Source of the DNA: Bacteroidales bacterium
GTDB lineage: Bacteria; Bacteroidota; Bacteroidia; Bacteroidales; Marinilabiliaceae
Assembly: GCA_022361295.1 (NCBI GenBank)
Contig: JAKSBD010000732.1
Location: 1 to 52,480 of the forward strand
DNA length: 52,480 nt
Direction: 5' to 3'
Below the pieces are notes generated by a model. It was not told the origin of the DNA. It saw only the letters and a program-made list of their open reading frames with translations, and did not search any database. Shown piece after piece: positions 30,125-40,696 of this stretch. Numbering within the stretch: the first letter of the stretch is position 1; each line of letters starts with the position of its first letter. The translations under genes and the position numbers were made by a program.

Positions 30125-31384
30125 TTAATTATCAGATTTCTTCTGCTTTCGTTCGGGCTTTTTCTTGAATGTTTTACGTTTGTTGCCTGCAGGTTTTCTT
30201 TTTTGCCCGCCTCTTTTTCTTTTATTCAGGATTTCTTCAGGATTATATGCCGGTGCTTCTCCCAATTCTGGATTAAGTGGTATTTTGAAAATATCCGTTT
30301 CAATCAAACGTTCAATCTTATGGAACTCAAGTATCTCCTTATCGTTGATCAATGTGATTGCAACACCCTGAGTCTGGGCCCTGGCCGTTCGACCAACACG
30401 ATGAACGTAGTCTTCCGCATCACGCGGTACGTCAAAATTGATAACCAGGTCAATTTTTTCAATGTCAATGCCCCTTGCGATGATATCGGTAGCTACCAAA
30501 ATTTGAACGTTGCGGTTTTTAAAATCACGTAACACATCTTCACGTTCAGCCTGCTCCAAATCAGAGCTGATAGCCTTTGAGTTAAAGCCGTTGCTCTGAA
30601 GAGAGCGTGCTATTTCTTTCACCTTTTGCTTGGTAGATGAGAAAATAATGATACTTGGTAAGTCTTTATCTTTTAGCAGTGTGTTAAGAAGAGGAATCTT
30701 CTGAGTGTCGTATACCATATAGGCTGCCTGCAAAATACCTTCAGCAGGTTTACTGATAGAAATATTGACCTCTTCCTGATCGATTAATATGTTTTTCGCT
30801 AACTCTCTTATTTTTGGTGGCATTGTAGCAGAAAACATCAATGTCTGACGTTCTTTGGGCAGGTATTTAACGACTTGCATAATGTCATCAAAGAAACCCA
30901 TGTCAAGCATACGATCAGCTTCATCAAGTATTAGGTGCTGGAGCGTATCCATATTCACATAGCCCATTGTCAGGTGTTGTATTAGCCTGCCAGGTGTTGC
31001 AATTACAATGTCCGCTCCTGTTGTCAGCGCATTCTTCTGCCGGTTCCACTCCCCAGAATCATTACCGCCATATATTGCTGTAGAAGAAATATCAAGAAAA
31101 TATCCAAAGCCTTCCATTTGCTGATCTATTTGGATGGCTAACTCTCTTGTTGGAACAAGAATTAAAGCATTAATTTTATTGTGGCCATCTCTGATTAATT
31201 TGTCAAGCACTGGCAACAAGTAAGCAGCTGTTTTTCCTGTTCCTGTTTGAGCACAGGCAATCAGATCTTTACCATCCTTAATTACCGGAATGGTTTTTTC
31301 CTGAACAGGCGTTGCTTTTTCAAAACGCATGGCATCAAGGCCGCTTAGCAACTCATCTGAAAATCCAAATTCTTTAAATTCCAA
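30125..31384 (-). CDS. DEAD-box RNA helicase
   Basis: AQTGTGKT, PTRELA, DEAD, SAT, HRVGRTAR; basic C-terminal tail. Confidence 0.95.
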   Translation of the reverse strand: MEFKEFGFSDELLSGLDAMRFEKATPVQEKTIPVIKDGKDLIACAQTGTGKTAAYLLPVLDKLIRDGHNKINALILVPTRELAIQIDQQMEGFGYFLDISSTAIYGGNDSGEWNRQKNALTTGADIVIATPGRLIQHLTMGYVNMDTLQHLILDEADRMLDMGFFDDIMQVVKYLPKERQTLMFSATMPPKIRELAKNILIDQEEVNISISKPAEGILQAAYMVYDTQKIPLLNTLLKDKDLPSIIIFSSTKQKVKEIARSLQSNGFNSKAISSDLEQAEREDVLRDFKNRNVQILVATDIIARGIDIEKIDLVINFDVPRDAEDYVHRVGRTARAQTQGVAITLINDKEILEFHKIERLIETDIFKIPLNPELGEAPAYNPEEILNKRKRGGQKRKPAGNKRKTFKKKPERKQKKSDN

Positions 31385-31405
31385 TATTCTCTCTTTACAG
31401 TTTGA

Positions 31406-32596
31406 TTATTCTACATAAACGACCAGTCCTTTAAGATATTCTCCTTCGGGATGATAAATGTCAACCGGATGATCGGCAGGTTGTGTCAGTTGCTGTAAAA
31501 TCCTGACTTTACGTCCGGCCCTGGCAGCTGCTGAAAATACCATCGTCCTGAATTGTTCTTTAGTGATCACCTGTGAGCATGAGAAGGTAAATAAAATGCC
31601 GCCCGAACGAATTTGTTCAAGGGCCTTGGCATTAAGGCGTCGGTAGCCTTGTAATGCATTTTTTACCACGTTAATATGCTTAGCAAAGGCTGGAGGATCT
31701 AATATGATCAGATCGTATTTGTTTTTTATTTTATTCAAGTATTTAAAGGCATCAACAGCAAAGGCCTCATGACGCTTGTCGCCCGGAAAGTTCAGTTCAA
31801 CATTGTCGTTGGTAATCTGAATCGCTCTTTCTGAGCTGTCAACGGAGTGAACTAATTTGGCTCCACCACGCATTGCGTAAAATGAGAATCCTCCGGTGTA
31901 GCAAAACATATTGAGAACCTCCCTGTTTTTACTGTAATGCTCAATAAGTGAGCGATTTTCTCGCTGGTCAACAAAAAAACCTGTCTTTTGACCTCTTTCC
32001 CAATCTACTTTAAATTTAAGGCCATTCTCAAGAGCTACTTTCTCAGAGCTTTTACCAAAGATGTATCCATTAACAGGTTCCACATCGGCTTTATATGGCA
32101 TTGTTCCTTCCGACTTGTTAAAAATTGATTTTAGCGAGTCGCCCAAAACCTCTTGCAGTGCTTTTGAAATAGTGTCTTTCTCCAGGTACATGCCAACGGT
32201 ATGCATTTGCACTACCGCAGTACCATTGTAATAATCAATGATTAAGCCAGGCAGGTAATCTCCTTCACCATGAACCAGGCGGAAGGCATTGGTTTGTTCG
32301 TCAGCTACTAACCCATTAGCCTGTCTTAATTCATAGGCTTTTAGTATTCTGCTTTTCCAAAAGTCATAATTTATTTCTTCCTGCTCAAAACTAAGAACAC
32401 GAACAGCTATAGAACCAATGATATAATGGCCCAGTGCCAGAAAATTATCCTGACTGTCGAGCACTTCAACAATATCACCTTCTATTAATTCGGGGCCTTT
32501 AACTCCTTTAACTGCTCCGGAAAATACCCAGGGATGAAAACGATTTAAACTTTGCTCTTTCCCTTGTTTTAAAACTAATTGTGGTCTTTCTGACAT
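31406..32596 (-). CDS. rlmI: RlmI-like 23S rRNA m5C methyltransferase
   Basis: HPWVFSG PUA domain, GQKTGFFVDQRENR, LDPPAF, TFSCS. Confidence 0.85.
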   Translation of the reverse strand: MSERPQLVLKQGKEQSLNRFHPWVFSGAVKGVKGPELIEGDIVEVLDSQDNFLALGHYIIGSIAVRVLSFEQEEINYDFWKSRILKAYELRQANGLVADEQTNAFRLVHGEGDYLPGLIIDYYNGTAVVQMHTVGMYLEKDTISKALQEVLGDSLKSIFNKSEGTMPYKADVEPVNGYIFGKSSEKVALENGLKFKVDWERGQKTGFFVDQRENRSLIEHYSKNREVLNMFCYTGGFSFYAMRGGAKLVHSVDSSERAIQITNDNVELNFPGDKRHEAFAVDAFKYLNKIKNKYDLIILDPPAFAKHINVVKNALQGYRRLNAKALEQIRSGGILFTFSCSQVITKEQFRTMVFSAAARAGRKVRILQQLTQPADHPVDIYHPEGEYLKGLVVYVE

Positions 32597-32609
32597 TAAT
32601 GTTTGCTTC

Positions 32610-33206
32610 TTATATTGTTTGAGCCTTAACAGACGGAAATTCTTTTAATAAACTATAATATAATTCGAGTGCTACCCATGCATCAGTCGCTGCATATAAT
32701 ACCTGACCTTCTGAGAGGTGAGGTGCTTCCCAGTTCGAAAGGCGCTGTCGTTTACTGACTCTGAAATTCAGCACGAGGCCGGCCAGTTTTTTAAGACTGG
32801 TATCTTCTATTCCTACTCGTTTAACATGGTCTTGTATTTCAATAAAGCCGGCAGATTCAAACTGAGCTAAACGATTGAGGCCTTTAATATCATCCCGAAT
32901 ACCAACTCCTATTTTTTTAATTTCAGGATTAGACAATATGTCTGCCAGTGCCGGGTGAAAACCAGTTTTATTCAGACGAAACAGATAAACTTTGTCAGGA
33001 GTAGCTAATTGTAGCAATGAAACCTGATTAATTTTACCTTTTCTGAATGAGGGTTTTGTTTCAGTATCAAAACCAATCGCTTTATGTTGTTCCAGTTCTT
33101 TAACAAGGTTGTAAACTGCATTCTCATCTTCAACAACATCAACCGGTCCTTCAAAGTGCTTTAGGGGTAATTGACTTAATTCTTCTTTGCTTATGGTTTT
33201 CTCCAT
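32610..33206 (-). CDS. 3'-5' exonuclease (DEDDy, RNase D/WRN-like)
   Basis: GFDTE, LLQL, SNWE...L...Q..YAATD. Confidence 0.9.
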   Translation of the reverse strand: MEKTISKEELSQLPLKHFEGPVDVVEDENAVYNLVKELEQHKAIGFDTETKPSFRKGKINQVSLLQLATPDKVYLFRLNKTGFHPALADILSNPEIKKIGVGIRDDIKGLNRLAQFESAGFIEIQDHVKRVGIEDTSLKKLAGLVLNFRVSKRQRLSNWEAPHLSEGQVLYAATDAWVALELYYSLLKEFPSVKAQTI

Positions 33207-33230
33207 CTATACTATTGGGGATTTATGATA

Positions 33231-33869
33231 TTAGAGTAATGGGGTTTGTTCAGGGTTTTCATCTTGCCAGTCTTGTTGCATGCGATTATACCAGTTTTCT
33301 TGCTGCTGGCTTTTTTGAAACTCTTCTTCGCCTTCTTCTTCGGTTAAGTCATCCTCGCCATATAATACAGCATGTAAGGCCCTGAGAGTATTAACCATTC
33401 TTTGGCCCCAGTAAAGTTCAAAATTTGTTATGACTTCGGCTAGTGCATCATTCATAATCTCGGTAACACCCAATCTGTATGCTGATACAAAATCTTTTAA
33501 ATCCTGATAGATATCCGCCATGTCTTCACCAATAAAGGCAATAACCGGAGTGTCGCTTCTTTGCATTTCGGCGTTGAAAACTTCGAGATAATCATTAAAA
33601 CGACCAAGTTTAGCAGTGATTCCTTCCTGAATTTGCGCATAAGTCATTTCATCAACTGTCTTCTCAATGCTTTCCTCTAATTCTTGTTCTACCTTAGGTA
33701 AAACAGACGCTTTAAGGTATAGCAGAGGAATGATTCGGGTTGCCACAGTGACAAACTCTTTGCGTTTCATTTCATCAGCTGTTTCCAGAAATGTGCAGTA
33801 TTCTTTTGCTACAGTAACAAATTCAATAACATTCTTGGAGTAAACTACGTGCTCAAAAGACTCTTCCAT
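33231..33869 (-). CDS. DUF5063 domain protein
   Basis: KNVIEFVTVA.EYC, ED.ADIYQDLKDF, WGQ; usual neighbour of the exonuclease in Bacteroidota. Confidence 0.85.
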   Translation of the reverse strand: MEESFEHVVYSKNVIEFVTVAKEYCTFLETADEMKRKEFVTVATRIIPLLYLKASVLPKVEQELEESIEKTVDEMTYAQIQEGITAKLGRFNDYLEVFNAEMQRSDTPVIAFIGEDMADIYQDLKDFVSAYRLGVTEIMNDALAEVITNFELYWGQRMVNTLRALHAVLYGEDDLTEEEGEEEFQKSQQQENWYNRMQQDWQDENPEQTPLL

Positions 33870-33923
33870 ACAATTAATCTAATCACCCTTTTCTGAGACA
33901 ATGCAGATTGGATATTTAATGGG

Positions 33924-33931
33924 CAAAAGTA
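33924..33931 (-). promoter_or_regulatory. -7 promoter element for the DUF5063 gene run
   Basis: Minus strand TACTTTTG. Confidence 0.55.
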
Positions 33932-34077
33932 ACAAAATTTAGCGAGTAATACTTTTGTATGATGATATTATCCAGAGATGCTGACCATGACTTGCTGTAT
34001 AAGACCAACATATACTAAAATCGCAATTGATTGTGGCTTGCTTTGTAAAGGAAAACATCGCAGTCGGATAAAATTGT

Positions 34078-34085
34078 TATTTTTG
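34078..34085 (+). promoter_or_regulatory. -7 promoter element for YIP1-smpB
   Basis: TATTTTTG. Confidence 0.55.
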
Positions 34086-34146
34086 CAGTGAAAAATCAGT
34101 TGATGCCTCGTGCTAAAATTGGTTTTGTTGAATTAAATAAAAGCGA

Positions 34147-34740
34147 ATGAGTAAAGAAACGATTAGTTTAAGTGTGTTGTACAAAAATTTAATTGGACGT
34201 TTGAAAGAGTTGATGGTCAACCCGCGCAAAGAGTGGGAGATCATTTTCAACGAAAGAAAACAAATTAATGAGGTGTTGGCACAGTTTAGTTTTCCACTAA
34301 TTGGTTTATATACAAGTGTAGTATTTTTAGGTTATTTGCTTAGCCATCAGGAGTTAGATTTCGAATCGGCTTTAAAAGAAGCTGTCTTTACATTCTCATC
34401 TTACTTTTTTGGTTTATACCTTTGCTATTATTTGTTTGGCAAATTATTATCGGTTTTTAATATTGTAATTGATAAAGTTACTATATTTAGTATAGTTGCT
34501 TATTCATCGGGCGTATTGTATTTGTCGGGCAGTATTTCTGCTCTGGTTCCTGAAACAATCATTATTGCAAGCATTATCAACCTTTACGTTGTTTATCTGA
34601 TTTGGATGGCTTTATCAGCAATAGCAGATTATGCCAAAGAGCAACGTGTTTGGATGACTTTTGTAGGAAGTGTTGCCGTTTTGTTAATGCCAACACTTAT
34701 TCATCGCTTATTTGTGTATATAAGTAATCTGACCTTATGA
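34147..34740 (+). CDS. YIP1 family membrane protein
   Basis: P.KEW.I N-terminus, about five TM helices, VAYSS motif; overlaps smpB start (ATGA). Confidence 0.75.
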   Translation: MSKETISLSVLYKNLIGRLKELMVNPRKEWEIIFNERKQINEVLAQFSFPLIGLYTSVVFLGYLLSHQELDFESALKEAVFTFSSYFFGLYLCYYLFGKLLSVFNIVIDKVTIFSIVAYSSGVLYLSGSISALVPETIIIASIINLYVVYLIWMALSAIADYAKEQRVWMTFVGSVAVLLMPTLIHRLFVYISNLTL

Positions 34741-35198
34741 GTTTACCTTCGTCTAGAATAAATATAAGAAATAAGAGAGCAACGTTTGATTATGAGTTAA
34801 TTGAGCGGTTTAATGCCGGAATTCAACTGGCAGGTACTGAGATTAAATCCATTCGTTTGGGTAAGGCCAGTTTAGTTGACTCGTACTGTTATTTTGTAAA
34901 AGGTGAATTGTGGTTGAAAGGGATGCGTGTTTCTGAATATTTTTACGGAACATTTAACAATCACCAGCCTGAGCGTGAAAGAAAGCTTTTATTAAAGAAA
35001 AAGGAACTTCAGAAACTTGAGCGGAAAACCAAAGAATCTGGTTTGACGATTGTTCCTGTTCGCCTGTTTTTTAACGAACGTGGTTTTGTTAAAATTGAAA
35101 TAGCACTTGCCAAAGGAAAAAAACAACACGATAAGCGTGAAACACTGAAAATGAAAGACGCCGGACGGGAAATGGACAGAGCCCGTAAAAAATTCTGA
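34737..35198 (+). CDS. smpB: SsrA-binding protein
   Basis: [39 protein letters not shown]. Confidence 0.97.
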   Translation: MSLPSSRINIRNKRATFDYELIERFNAGIQLAGTEIKSIRLGKASLVDSYCYFVKGELWLKGMRVSEYFYGTFNNHQPERERKLLLKKKELQKLERKTKESGLTIVPVRLFFNERGFVKIEIALAKGKKQHDKRETLKMKDAGREMDRARKKF

Positions 35199-35354
35199 TA
35201 AAAACAGAACAGGACGCAACCACTTCTTTTTAATTCCATCTACTTTATCGAATACTTAATCTATGGGATGGAATTACTATTGGTAAACCGGCAATATTTC
35301 ATTGGTTACAAGAGTTTAATAAATAGGCCTCTTAATTAATGTGAATTAATTGCT

Positions 35355-35906
35355 GTGAATAATCTTAACGACATAATAAAAGGTTGTCAGAAAGGGAAAT
35401 CTTCTGCGCAAAGGCAATTGTATCAATTGTTTGCGGCGAAGATGTTTGCGGTATGCCTGCGTTATAGCAAGGACAAGACGGAAGCAGAAGATTGTTTGCA
35501 GGAAGGATTTATCAAAGTATTCAGTAATATAAATAAGTATGGGTTTAAAGGCTCGTTTGAAGGTTGGGTGAGACGAATAATGGTTAATACTGTCATTGAA
35601 GTTTACCGCAAAAAGCAACCTGAATTATTGGTTGATGACTTTCCATTGTTGGCTGATGACGATATGGATGACGATTATGATGTGCCTTTTACACAGGAAG
35701 AACTAATGTCAATGATTCAGGAGTTACCGCCTAAATATAAACTAGTGTTTAACTTGTATGTGATGGAAGGTTTTTCACATGCCGAAATAGCTGAAACATC
35801 GGGTATTTCTATTGGTACATCAAAATCAAACCTGGCGAGGGCCCGGCAATGGCTTAAGAAGAATATTGAGGAAAGAATTATAGAGAAAAAGCAGGCTGTA
35901 TGTTAG
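35355..35906 (+). CDS. ECF RNA polymerase sigma factor
   Basis: AEDCLQEGFIK, FEGWVRRI, EGFSHAEIA...ISIGTSKSNL. Confidence 0.95.
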   Translation: MNNLNDIIKGCQKGKSSAQRQLYQLFAAKMFAVCLRYSKDKTEAEDCLQEGFIKVFSNINKYGFKGSFEGWVRRIMVNTVIEVYRKKQPELLVDDFPLLADDDMDDDYDVPFTQEELMSMIQELPPKYKLVFNLYVMEGFSHAEIAETSGISIGTSKSNLARARQWLKKNIEERIIEKKQAVC

Positions 35907-37234
35907 ATGGAGGGAAAAATATAGATACAGTTTTTAAAGACGGATTAAGCGATCATGAAGTTGCTCCTGACACATATGTTTGGGAGTCGATTGAGAAATC
36001 TATGAATAAGCATAAGCGTCAGGCGGCCGCAATTATAATGTGGCGAAGCGTGGCGGCAGCTTGTGTTATAGCTTTAATGACTGTAACAATAGTATTGCTC
36101 AATTCAGTGAGTGAACCATTGGTTAAGCAAACGGCAGAAGTAACGCCAGTCTTGGATCTGAAAATAACCGAAGACAAAAGTATTGTTGAGGAAGAAATCC
36201 CAATGGAAACAGAAAATAGTTCAAGGGAATTATTTCCGCCAAAAGCAAATAAGAATACTGTTCCAGGCGAGAAAGATAAACCAATAAAAGAATCAGTCGG
36301 CTCTTCATTTTCTACCTTGCATCAAGAGGCGAATAACATGAAGTATTTAGCTTCAATATCTGCAGTTGATTTAGGGGGCGATAATGAGTTGAATACTAAT
36401 TTGCATTCTCAAAATAAAAGGGTGTATTATTCAATTTATAATCCTTTAAATGCACCTTCATTTGAGAAAGTTAAAAAGAAAACCTCGATCAGTATTGGCG
36501 GAATTGTGTCGCCATCTTATAATTCAAAAATGTCATCAGGAGGTAATGAAGCTGTGATGGCTGCATCGGGTGTTGATGTAAACGAAAGTGGAATCAATTC
36601 ACTGGGGGGTGGTTTGCAGGTTAGGCTTAACACCGGTTCGCGCTGGAGTTTTGAAACTGGAGTTTTATATGCGCAGGTAGGTCAGGAAGTTAATAATGAA
36701 TATGGCTACAAGCATTCCAGGCAGGCTTTTCTGAGTCCTCAGATGAGTAATAGTGCAGGTGTATCTAATTCAATGGGGCCTATTAGAGTTAGTAAGGCAG
36801 TGCCGAATAATTATGCGGAGCCACTTGTCGACAACCTGGTTGAAGCTGCATTTAGTACTGTTAGTTCTGTTAATTCAGTTAAGCAAACGCTTGATTATAT
36901 TGAAATTCCGATGATGGCACGTTATTCTTTATTTAAAAGTTTCCCGTACTTGTCGGTGGCAGGTGGTATAAGCTCCAACTTTTTGATTGATAACTCTGCT
37001 TATGCTATTGATGGTGGTTCTGAACAAAAAATTGGTGAAACAGATGATATTAAGTCATTTGTATTAAGTAGTTCGCTAGGTTTAGGCGTTGAGTTACCAA
37101 TCTATAAATCCATTCACCTTAATGTGGAGCCACGTTTGAAGTACTTCCTGAATTCGGTGAGTTCTAATGCTGATTATAACTTCCAGCCATATTCATTTGG
37201 AGTGTATGGAGGGCTTACATTTGTGATTAAATAG
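35900..37234 (+). CDS. Putative anti-sigma factor with C-terminal outer-membrane beta-barrel
   Basis: Overlaps the sigma gene; N-terminal ID..F...L...EV.P...VW..I, one TM helix, C-terminal amphipathic strands (FETG, YIEIP). Confidence 0.75.
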   Translation: MLDGGKNIDTVFKDGLSDHEVAPDTYVWESIEKSMNKHKRQAAAIIMWRSVAAACVIALMTVTIVLLNSVSEPLVKQTAEVTPVLDLKITEDKSIVEEEIPMETENSSRELFPPKANKNTVPGEKDKPIKESVGSSFSTLHQEANNMKYLASISAVDLGGDNELNTNLHSQNKRVYYSIYNPLNAPSFEKVKKKTSISIGGIVSPSYNSKMSSGGNEAVMAASGVDVNESGINSLGGGLQVRLNTGSRWSFETGVLYAQVGQEVNNEYGYKHSRQAFLSPQMSNSAGVSNSMGPIRVSKAVPNNYAEPLVDNLVEAAFSTVSSVNSVKQTLDYIEIPMMARYSLFKSFPYLSVAGGISSNFLIDNSAYAIDGGSEQKIGETDDIKSFVLSSSLGLGVELPIYKSIHLNVEPRLKYFLNSVSSNADYNFQPYSFGVYGGLTFVIK

Positions 37235-39016
37235 CTATTTAAGAGATTCAATCATCTGATAAAATACGCCTTTTTGTAAGAGTAGTTCTTCAGGCTTGCC
37301 GGCTTCGGCTATTGTGCCATTTTTCATCACTACAATCATGTCGGCCAATTTAATGGTTGAAAGACGGTGACTGACAATAATGGCTGTTTTGTCCTCTGAA
37401 ATGTCCTTAAAATGCTCAATCAGGCTTGCTTCAGTAAATGCATCCAAAGAGCTTGTTGGTTCATCAAGAATGATAAGCTGAGCATCCGTATTATAAAATG
37501 AGCGAGCCAGGGCGGTTCGTTGCCATTCGCCGCGACTTAGCATTTGACTATCTTTGAATAAGGTCCCTAAAGTGGTGTCGTAGCCATCAGGAAGGTTGGA
37601 GAATATGTCGTGAAGTCCGGCACTTTTAGCTGCCGTTTGAATGGACGCTTTGGTGGAGTTTTTTTGTGTATTTCCGAAGTGAATATTGTCTTTAGCACTG
37701 ACATTGTAAAGCATAAAATCCTGAAAAATAACCGAGATATTCTGTGCTAGTTGCTCATTACTTATATCATTCCAATTACAATTGTCAACTAAAATTCTTC
37801 CGCTATTGGGCTTGTGTAAGCCACATAGCAGCTTTACCAAGGTGGTTTTTCCACTTCCGTTCTCACCAACCAGTGCAATGGTTTGGCCTTTGGGGATGCG
37901 CAGGTTAATGTTGTTTAATACCGGTTTACTGGAATTGGGATATTTGAAACAAAGATCTTTTATCTGAATATCATTGATGATTGGTTTTGGGAATGTTTCA
38001 GAAGCAGTTGCTTGTTTAATCTTAATATTTCTGAACTCAAAGAAATTTTTAAGGAACAGGTTGTCTTCATATAAGGATGACAAGTTACCAAGTAAACTTT
38101 GAAGGACTGAATAAGCCCTTTGAAGTGCCAGGAAATACATTGCCATTGTACCACTGGTAATGCCACCTTCAATGGTTTGTTTAATAACAAAGCCAATAAT
38201 TAAAAGCAGGATGATGGTAGCAAATAACTGTACTGTTACTTCATTAAGTGTTTTTGACTTAGAAAGGGACCATTGTTTATCGCGCAGGTCGTATTTAAAT
38301 CGTTCATACTCCAATTTAAACGTTTTACCAAGATTGAAAATGCGGAGCTCTTTAGCAAAATCTTTTGCGGTCAGCAGGCGGTTGTAATAATGAACACGCC
38401 GTTCATCTTCAGTGTGTTTTTTACGATACTGATATAGCCTGCGTGTATACAGAATTCTCAGGTAGAAAACAGGTGTGCTCGAAACAATTAATATGGGGAC
38501 CAGACTCCAATGTATATTTCCTAAAACAGCCAGTATTAAAATGATTGTCAGACTGTTTTGCATTAGCTGCAAAAGGCTGTAAAAAATACGTGCAGGACGA
38601 TAAGTGGAGTCACTTAAAGCCCTGTAAAAAATATTCTGGTAATTGGAATCTTCAAAATAACGATAGTCAATATTAATCGTTTTTTGGTGAATGATATTCT
38701 GTACAAAATCATTCACAAAATGACTCTGACGTTCTCGTACCAGGCTACTGACAGATCCGCTAACTGAATTAATAAGAAAAAATGCCGCTGTTAGGCCAAG
38801 TGTCGAATAAAGAAGTTGTAAATTTGATTCCGGATTAGTTATCTGTTGGCCTACAACATCAATTAATTGTTTTACTACATAAAGAAGCAGTAACGGCATG
38901 CAGCCTCTGACTACTGTTACCGCTGCATTGATATAGGTCCATTTGGGCGAACTTTTATATACAATTCGAATTGATTCAAGCAGGTGGTTTAGTGTGAGCT
39001 TATTGCCAGGTTTCAT
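37235..39016 (-). CDS. ABC exporter, fused permease and ATPase, no C39 peptidase domain
   Basis: TM domain, GENGSGKTT, IFQDF, LSRGEWQR, LDEPTSSLD, SHRLS. Confidence 0.92.
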   Translation of the reverse strand: MKPGNKLTLNHLLESIRIVYKSSPKWTYINAAVTVVRGCMPLLLLYVVKQLIDVVGQQITNPESNLQLLYSTLGLTAAFFLINSVSGSVSSLVRERQSHFVNDFVQNIIHQKTINIDYRYFEDSNYQNIFYRALSDSTYRPARIFYSLLQLMQNSLTIILILAVLGNIHWSLVPILIVSSTPVFYLRILYTRRLYQYRKKHTEDERRVHYYNRLLTAKDFAKELRIFNLGKTFKLEYERFKYDLRDKQWSLSKSKTLNEVTVQLFATIILLLIIGFVIKQTIEGGITSGTMAMYFLALQRAYSVLQSLLGNLSSLYEDNLFLKNFFEFRNIKIKQATASETFPKPIINDIQIKDLCFKYPNSSKPVLNNINLRIPKGQTIALVGENGSGKTTLVKLLCGLHKPNSGRILVDNCNWNDISNEQLAQNISVIFQDFMLYNVSAKDNIHFGNTQKNSTKASIQTAAKSAGLHDIFSNLPDGYDTTLGTLFKDSQMLSRGEWQRTALARSFYNTDAQLIILDEPTSSLDAFTEASLIEHFKDISEDKTAIIVSHRLSTIKLADMIVVMKNGTIAEAGKPEELLLQKGVFYQMIESLK

Positions 39017-39154
39017 TCAGGAATGATGTGATGATTAAATTACTAAAATAGCATAAAATTAAGAGGGACTGAGTACAATGTTGCAATTATTGATGTCTCC
39101 ATCGTTTTTTTTTCTTACTATTATGCCTGATCACTTCTAATCCGTCGTACTTAT

Positions 39155-39589
39155 TTAACGGAGTTTAGTTTTAATTCGCCCTGAATAAAAAAACAGGCGA
39201 CCGGTATAGAATGTCAGCTGTGGCATTAGTCTTTTAAATACCCGAAACCAACCTTTCTTGCAATTTTTAGTTTCATTATTGCGTCTTCGGCTGATAACAG
39301 TACCTAATACCTTCTCGTAAGGTACAGGATGATCCGGGTAGATAAGACCATCTCCTTTAAAATGGTATGCGGTATTACTGATCTTATAAACTCTGTGGGC
39401 GATCAGCTTTCTCTGACCAATAAATACACCAATATCGCCTTTTTGAGGCTTTACAGGATTAACCAATAAAACGTCGCCTGGTAGAAGGAGTGGAAACATA
39501 CTCATTCCAAAGGCTGGTACCTCAACCTGCTTTCCTTCCTGAAGAAAATGAATTAAGGTTGTTTGTATGTTTTTATTTTCCAAACTCAT
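39155..39589 (-). CDS. S24/S26 family peptidase (Ser/His type)
   Basis: G.SMFPLL.PGD, IAHRV, KGD...D motifs. Confidence 0.8.
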   Translation of the reverse strand: MSLENKNIQTTLIHFLQEGKQVEVPAFGMSMFPLLLPGDVLLVNPVKPQKGDIGVFIGQRKLIAHRVYKISNTAYHFKGDGLIYPDHPVPYEKVLGTVISRRRNNETKNCKKGWFRVFKRLMPQLTFYTGRLFFYSGRIKTKLR

Positions 39590-40478
39590 GTAAAATCATC
39601 TCAACAATATCTGTGTCTGGTTTAAATCCACATTCGTAAATGCCGCATGTTTCTGACAGGCTGATGACGGCATTAAGTCTGTTATGTACCTGATTGTTAT
39701 CGTATTGAAACTGCATGCAATTACTTAATAAGCCAAGTGCTCCTTTTAGAACAGGAAGTTTTTTAAAATAGTTATCAGGTGACTGCTTGATTAAGAATAG
39801 CTTGTGTAAAGCAACGCCTTTACTGCTATCCTGGTAATAAGGCATTGGAGTATTATAAGCTTTAAAGGAATCGCCATCAGGAAGAATGATTAAACGATCA
39901 TCGTTAATAATTGTAGCACCACATTTTTTCCATAAACCGGCCATAGTTGATTTACCGATTCCCGAAATAGCCGAGAAAAGATAGCCTTTGCCTTTATAAT
40001 CTATGGTTGAAGCATGGATAACAAAACCACCATAAAAGTGAACGATATATTGCAGTAATAAGATGCCAAGAGGATGGAAGAACGGATCTATAATAATTTC
40101 CGAAGTGCTGTTGGTAGTGATTTGTATATCAACTAAATTCTGATTGGAATCAACAAAGGCAATGGCCTCATTTACAATGGCGCTATCGTCAAAAACAACA
40201 TAAACACCTTCCAAAGCATCTTTTTTTATAATGCTCCATTTATAAGGTAAGTCCTCTTCAAACTTTTCAGAGCCCTTAAATATTTCTTTCCAGTCGCCTG
40301 GCAGTTTTTTATTGTTGGTGTGGATATTAAAAGTCCAGGTGGTCTTTGGGGTAGTTGGATTTTCCTGAAAAAGATGACTTCCTCCTTTACTGTCAAAAAC
40401 AAAATTGGGGGATAAGGAATTGACTTTAAACCTTATACCCCCAATTGAATAGTTTCTTGTATTTTCTGATTTGATCAT
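39573..40478 (-). CDS. HprK-related / ScmC-like P-loop protein (putative peptide kinase)
   Basis: IHAS, Walker A AISGIGKST, INDD, as in the HprK/PEPCK-type P-loop fold. Confidence 0.72.
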   Translation of the reverse strand: MIKSENTRNYSIGGIRFKVNSLSPNFVFDSKGGSHLFQENPTTPKTTWTFNIHTNNKKLPGDWKEIFKGSEKFEEDLPYKWSIIKKDALEGVYVVFDDSAIVNEAIAFVDSNQNLVDIQITTNSTSEIIIDPFFHPLGILLLQYIVHFYGGFVIHASTIDYKGKGYLFSAISGIGKSTMAGLWKKCGATIINDDRLIILPDGDSFKAYNTPMPYYQDSSKGVALHKLFLIKQSPDNYFKKLPVLKGALGLLSNCMQFQYDNNQVHNRLNAVISLSETCGIYECGFKPDTDIVEMILHEFGK

Positions 40479-40480
40479 TC

Positions 40481-40696
40481 TTACATATTCGAAAAATCTG
40501 GACTATCTCCACCAAAAGGATATTCGGCAGAAGATGGATTTTCAAACTTAGGAGCAGCTTCCGCTGGTGCTTCTGCTGCGCTAGGAGCAGGAAAAGGCGG
40601 TTCAATAGGTCCATCGCTAACCATAAACAGGCATGTGTCTAGGTCGTTAAAATGCTCCTCAATGTCAGGTTTGATATATTTTCGTTTAATCGTCAT
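40481..40696 (-). CDS. Putative RiPP precursor peptide
   Basis: 71 aa from ATG 40696 (73 from TTG 40702); KRKYIKPDI leader motif; fills the gap between RRE and kinase genes. Confidence 0.7.
   Translation of the reverse strand: MTIKRKYIKPDIEEHFNDLDTCLFMVSDGPIEPPFPAPSAAEAPAEAAPKFENPSSAEYPFGGDSPDFSNM

Noticed and set aside
27935-33869. Tex, helicase, methyltransferase and exonuclease run as a defence system
   Set aside because: All are ordinary housekeeping RNA-metabolism families with no defence-specific domains
35199-35354. tmRNA (ssrA) next to smpB
   Set aside because: Gap is only about 155 nt and lacks tRNA-like ends
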